A stretch of 64,000 bases of DNA. Origin: Azolla caroliniana. Lineage: Eukaryota; Plantae; Polypodiophyta. Positions 59,201 through 64,000 of this stretch are shown here, in pieces. A model generated the notes under the pieces. The model did not search any database. It worked only from the letters and a program-made list of their open reading frames with translations, and was not told the origin of the DNA. Position 1 is the stretch's first letter; each line of letters begins with the position of its first letter. The DNA lies in contig JBHGNT010000004.1 in assembly GCA_043228905.1 (NCBI GenBank), positions 19,964,001-20,028,000 of the forward strand. Direction: 5' to 3'. The position numbers were made by a program, and so were the translations under genes.

Positions 59201-62200
59201 TTATTGTTGATGCATTGTCAATCTCCTCTTATTTCTCTATTCTCATTATCTTCTTCAACTCGATCTTGTACTTGGCTACGGCCTTGACAATAGCTACTCC
59301 TCATTTGGGGTGCTATCACAAAATGTGCACTCTAAGAAAAAATGTGGGGATAAACTAACAACTTGGGGTTGATTATTGATTATATCTAACACACTTTCAA
59401 CCACCTAGTTATGAAGATATTGCACTCATGGACTATTGAATGAAAACTAAAGAAAGCACTCTTTAGATTGAAGCAAGTGCCATTAGCGTGATACTAGAAG
59501 ACCATAGAGCATTTGGATACATGGTATTGCTTAGACAAATAGTCAAGAAGTGCATATATTTTATCACTCGGAAGTGTTCAGTGACCTAGAACATTGCATT
59601 ATATGCTACAGAATCCACCTCAGCATTCTAGTGACATATCTTAGAATCCATCTCAGCAGTATTCATATAGCCAGAAACAAAGACCAAGCACACAGAGGTG
59701 TATTACCACTTTGTTCAGGAGAAGGTCCTAGCAGGTGTCATTGACTTGCAATACATAGGCACATATGAGTAGTTGACCTATATTTTTATGAAGACTGTAA
59801 CTGCAGATAAATTTCGAGCATTCAAAGTTTTGGGTCTTTGGGTCAGTGTGCATAGAGACAGGGTCTTTGGATCAGCCCAAAGTTTTGGAGACTTAATACA
59901 TATTTAATGCATACGTTGCTTGGAGTTAATACTCAATATTCCATTGTACTCAAATATCTTTGGAACATTAACATATACCTTTGTATTTTGCATAGTAATA
60001 AATGGATTTTGTCCTTTTTGAATCACCTAGTCTTCTTCTTAACCTATCTGAGTGTTCTGTGTTTTTAGTTTTCTGGTCGTGTTGTATCAGAGCATTGAGC
60101 TACATCGGTCTAACTTCTTACATATATATAAATGAGGACCACACTATTATTAAAAAGTTTTCTTAAGATATGTTTGCATAGAAAGCTTTAAATTTTGACA
60201 GGTTGCTGAATGCTCCATCAGAGAGTTCACAGACCAGAAAAGATTGGACATGAATGTTGCAGAATTCATCAGTTACTGGAAGGAATGTCATGTAAAACTA
60301 CAGAAGAAAGATAGGTTGTCCTCCTTGCTGTACTTGAAAGATTGGCATTTTTTAAAGGTTTGCACTTGGTTTCTTTGTCAAAATTTTCTGATTCAAATAT
60401 GTCAGATGAAATTTTATGAAGCATAAGCTCTATAACCCTTCAAAGCATGAAGAACCACATGTATGTGCAGCCTCATTTTCATCTTACATTTTGTTAACAA
60501 TGAAGAGTAAATCTTGCAAACATCATTCCACTGTTCTGAACCCAGGCAGTGAATCCTTTGTAGTAGGTTGAGAATGGCAATAGAAATTGTGGTTCAATTA
60601 CTTATAGCCTTCTAATGGAACATAGGGAGCTTTTTCATTCTCATGGCCTCACCTTGAACTGCAGATTCATCAAAGTTCAAGAAACTCGCCAACTTCATTT
60701 AGTTTTTGCTGTTTCATTGGGCCCCAATTCCTGAGCTAAGTGATTTTTTAAATCCTTCTTGTATATCATGTATTGTGCCCCTTATTCATTTGAAAACATT
60801 TTGAGATAAATTCAAAAATGTGGTAAGTAAACAAAATCCTTTTGTAGATTGTAACTCAAAAACTTCTTTGAAATTTTATTAATTTCCTCAGTTCGATTAA
60901 ACTGCTTAATAATGATGTTGCAATGAATATAATCAAACATTTTTCCAGGACTATCCTGAGTATTTCCCATATACAACACCAACATTTTTCATGGATGATT
61001 GGTTAAATTTCTACTTGGAGAATTACCAGCTACATTTATCTAAAGATGGAGTTGAGAAAGATGCATGCTCATCAGACTATCGTTTTGTATACATGGGGCC
61101 TAAAGGTATCTAACAAAAGATAATTAATATCATGTGTACTACATAGATGATAATCTACAATTATGATCTTTTGCTAATCAAACATTAGGTCTTAAATAAT
61201 AAAGCCTCATTTTGGTCTATCTTGATAAGATCTAGAATAGAAACGTGTTTATTTAGGCTATTTAGTATTGCACCTTCCAGTTTAAAACAATTCTTTTTTA
61301 TTTGAAGATTATAGTTAAACTTTTTAAGTACCTGTAGTGAAAAATAATCATTAGAATTGATTGCTTGTCTAACTTGGAGACTTTTGTCAATATAGTTGTT
61401 GATACTTCCTAATTCTCGCAAGTTGCAGGAACATGGACACCATTGCATGCAGATGTCTTAAGATCATTTAGCTGGTCAGCAAATGTATGTGGTAGAAAAC
61501 TGTGGCATCTTCTTCCTCCATCAGAAACTCGTTTTATCTATGACAAGTAAGCATACTTGCTTTATGTTAACTTTTGATGGTCATAAAATATCATATATTA
61601 TAGTTTGACATCACAAGCTATTTAGATGATGCTTTCTCCTCATTGTGCTGTGTTTAGACATGGACGAAATACAGTTTATGATATTTATGGGGATGTGTCC
61701 GTAGAAGAGTTTCCTAAGTTTCAGCAAGCAAGCTGGCTAGAGTGTAGACAGGAAGCAGGACAGATTCTATTTGTCCCAAGTGGATGGTATCATCAAGTGA
61801 CAAATCTTGTATGACCTTATTTTTCGCTAAATTATCTAATTTAAGATGATTTGTAACACGTGCATGTGTAACCTTAACTGCTATCTTCTGAAACAGGAAG
61901 ATACCATATCTATCAACCATAATTGGTTCAATGGATACAATCTTGATTGGGTGGTTTGTGTTTGATTCTATATGTTTGTGCTCCTTGAAAACTCATTGAT
62001 CTTTCCTTGTTATGGTATCCCTCTGTGTTGTATGGTGTAGAAGAAACTACTTTTGGCTGATGCCGAGGAGACAATGGCGTCAATTGAGGATATAAGATCA
62101 ATTTCAGACAACTTTGAAGAGCTCTGTGAGAGGAATTTGGCAGCAAACTCAGGTTGGCTTTTGATGAGATAATGTATTCCAGGTTTTGTTTCTGACCCTA

Positions 62201-62950
62201 CGAATGTTTCTGATGTTAAACCTTTTTTCTTTATTCTTTGTAAGTTCTATATTATTTGTATTTTTATCTCATATGCCATTATGGTTTTTGGAGACATTAA
62301 TATATCTTTTTTCATTTGTTTCTTTGTCTTCGTTTGCAGGGATGAACCTGACTGATTTTTTTGTGTTTTTAAGAAGAATGTCATTCTTCTTCTTCTCATT
62401 CATCAGGAATAGCAATATGGAGAGCGAAGACGATGAATTAGAAAGAGAGAATTGTTGTATAGAGTCATTCTCTACTAATCATATTTGCATGAATTTGCTT
62501 TCAGAAGTTCTGTTTAACATTAAAGCAATTGGTGGAGTGGTCGACTTCCTTTGTTCATCCAAAGTTTATCGACCCTGGGATAATCTGGATGATAGACCAG
62601 CTGAAAAGAAAAAGGAAGACTACTTCATTGGCAGTGAAAAGGAAGAGTGTATCTTCTCTATGGATTCCCTTGAGCATTCAGAATACTTCAATTTTTTGAT
62701 AGACCTATGCGTAGGTCACAGCAATCAAGAAAGCACAATGGAATGTTCAAAGTTGTACAGGATTGTTTCACTCAAAAATGAAAGATTGAAGAAAAGAGTT
62801 TTTTATAATCTTGGTAACACGATTAATGGTACCATCCATCTTACTAAAAATATCGCTATTGAGAACAGGGGAATGTCACCCCAACAGTTAGCTCAGCTAA
62901 TTAGTACTATTTTAGATCATCTCCATCAAAGCAACCCAAGGATGCGTTAA
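53209..62950 (+). CDS. JMJ20: JmjC-domain 2-oxoglutarate/Fe(II) oxygenase, JMJD4/JMJ20-like, 8 exons with a 6.8-kb TE-filled first intron
   Basis: Exons 53209-53427, 60202-60357, 60949-61105, 61429-61546, 61658-61808, 61897-~61950, 62041-62152, 62340-62950; motifs YLKDWHF, DDWLN, DYRFVYMGPKGTWTPLHADV, FVPSGWYHQVTNLEDTISINHNWFN. Confidence 0.9.
55230..56530 (+). mobile_element. Decayed LINE 5' portion (ORF1-like tail and APE endonuclease) in JmjC intron 1
   Basis: ICLDDDLTPAQ (ORF1-like), DIVMATETH, ICYFPP, GDIIL*GNFNART, IVDYL, DHAYL endonuclease motifs. Confidence 0.7.
56960..59289 (+). mobile_element. Decayed chromovirus (RH, INT, chromodomain, PPT, 3' LTR 58842-59289) in JmjC intron 1
   Basis: NYEIHDEELLAIV, GHFGVIKT, HPMFHVSLLEP, EYSVKTILDSK, PPT AGAAAAGGGGATGA, LTR ending CCTTGACA. 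Confidence 0.8.
59300..59830 (+). mobile_element. Highly decayed Copia RT/RNase H remnant
   Basis: FI.RNKDQAHRG/RTKH-like segment and ADKF-type terminus; a Copia gag start (EVEKFDGKNFALWK) lies at ~56880-56955. Confidence 0.5.
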
Positions 62951-64000
62951 ATGAATTTAATTACATTTAAAATAATCATTTTTTTAACATTTCTGAAGGA
63001 GGTCTATTGTGATATTGTGGATTAGTTGTGCTGGTTCTCAAGAGGAAATTTTAGTTTTTAGATATAATTCTGACATTTTTCCAACTTAGTTGTAGCACAA
63101 GGATAACATGGGATTGCAGAGTTCTCATTGAATTTTAGCTCTAGCAAGCCTGAATTGATAAATGGGTCAATTTTGTCCTTTAAGAGTGCAACAAGTCCTT
63201 TCTTTCAATTGTTAACTAGATTTATTAGCTCAAGAATGTCTTATCCTTTGCAGTGAGCTTGCTCATGCTACATGTTTTAAGAAATAATTAATTAAATGAT
63301 GGAAAGGACAAGATTTGGCACATTTCTTGAACATAAGATAACTTTATTCTGATGGATAGCTCATACCTCTTTACACTTGAACTTGAATTCAATCATCTTT
63401 GGCCATTGATCATGGGTATATATTCCACAATATACAATTAGACTTTTTTATATTCAACAGAATCTAAACAGCATACGAAGTTGTGACAACCTAACAAAGT
63501 TGTGTCTAGCATTTTGATTTTTCTTTGCAGCATACAAAGTTGTGTCAACATAACGCTATGCATTAAAGTTTAGAAATTCAGTAAAAAAGAGGCAAGTATC
63601 TTGTGAGATAACATGGGCATCCCTACCAACTTTCTCACCTTGAGAAGGAGGGGTGTAACCTAGTGACAATGCATACGCCACATGAGATTCTGATTGACTT
63701 GCATCTTATGTTACATAACCTTTGTTTTATGGTAAAGCAAACGTAAAGAGAGCCTCACAAGCTGTAGTTATCTTAGATTATGTCTTTTCTTGCTTTATGC
63801 TACTTAAAGTTGAGAATTTTGCACTTCTGAACTATAGAGTACAGGATTAATCATAAAAGAGGCATGACAATAGTACAAGTTCAAATTTTCAATTAAGTAT
63901 TTGGAATAAAAATATTTCGTTTAGTGTCTTCAAATTATAACTTTCTGATCAAATTCTTTGGGTTTGCAGTGATCTGTTCATCTACCTTTGAAGGAATGCC

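Overview
Eukaryotic land-plant DNA, probably from a seed-free (bryophyte/lycophyte-like) lineage; the taxon is inferred from gene and TE style, not proven. Positions 1-36,073 are one deeply nested transposon island. The bottom layer is an old chromovirus whose integrase/chromodomain is split by later insertions: an Athila-like Gypsy element (itself holding a pol-less relative, a hAT MITE and solo LTRs), several solo LTRs, an RTEX-like LINE and a tRNA-derived SINE sitting in a (GA)n tract, a non-autonomous LTR element, a decayed Copia and a young intact Copia. Positions 36,800-64,000 hold three + strand intron-containing host genes (CDKC, a 4/1-family coiled-coil gene, a JMJ20/JMJD4-like oxygenase) with TE remnants and a U6 pseudogene. 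Most notable signal: three different LTR elements lack a polypurine tract. Immediately before the 3' LTR each instead carries the same ~40-nt sense copy of a tRNA-Arg(UCU) 3' end including CCA, with a 13-nt hairpin inserted right after A58. Two of them also show an ordinary tRNA-Arg(UCG) PBS after the 5' LTR. This suggests a two-tRNA (dual-PBS) priming system. All boundaries were read by eye and tRNA/protein identities come from memory of the families.
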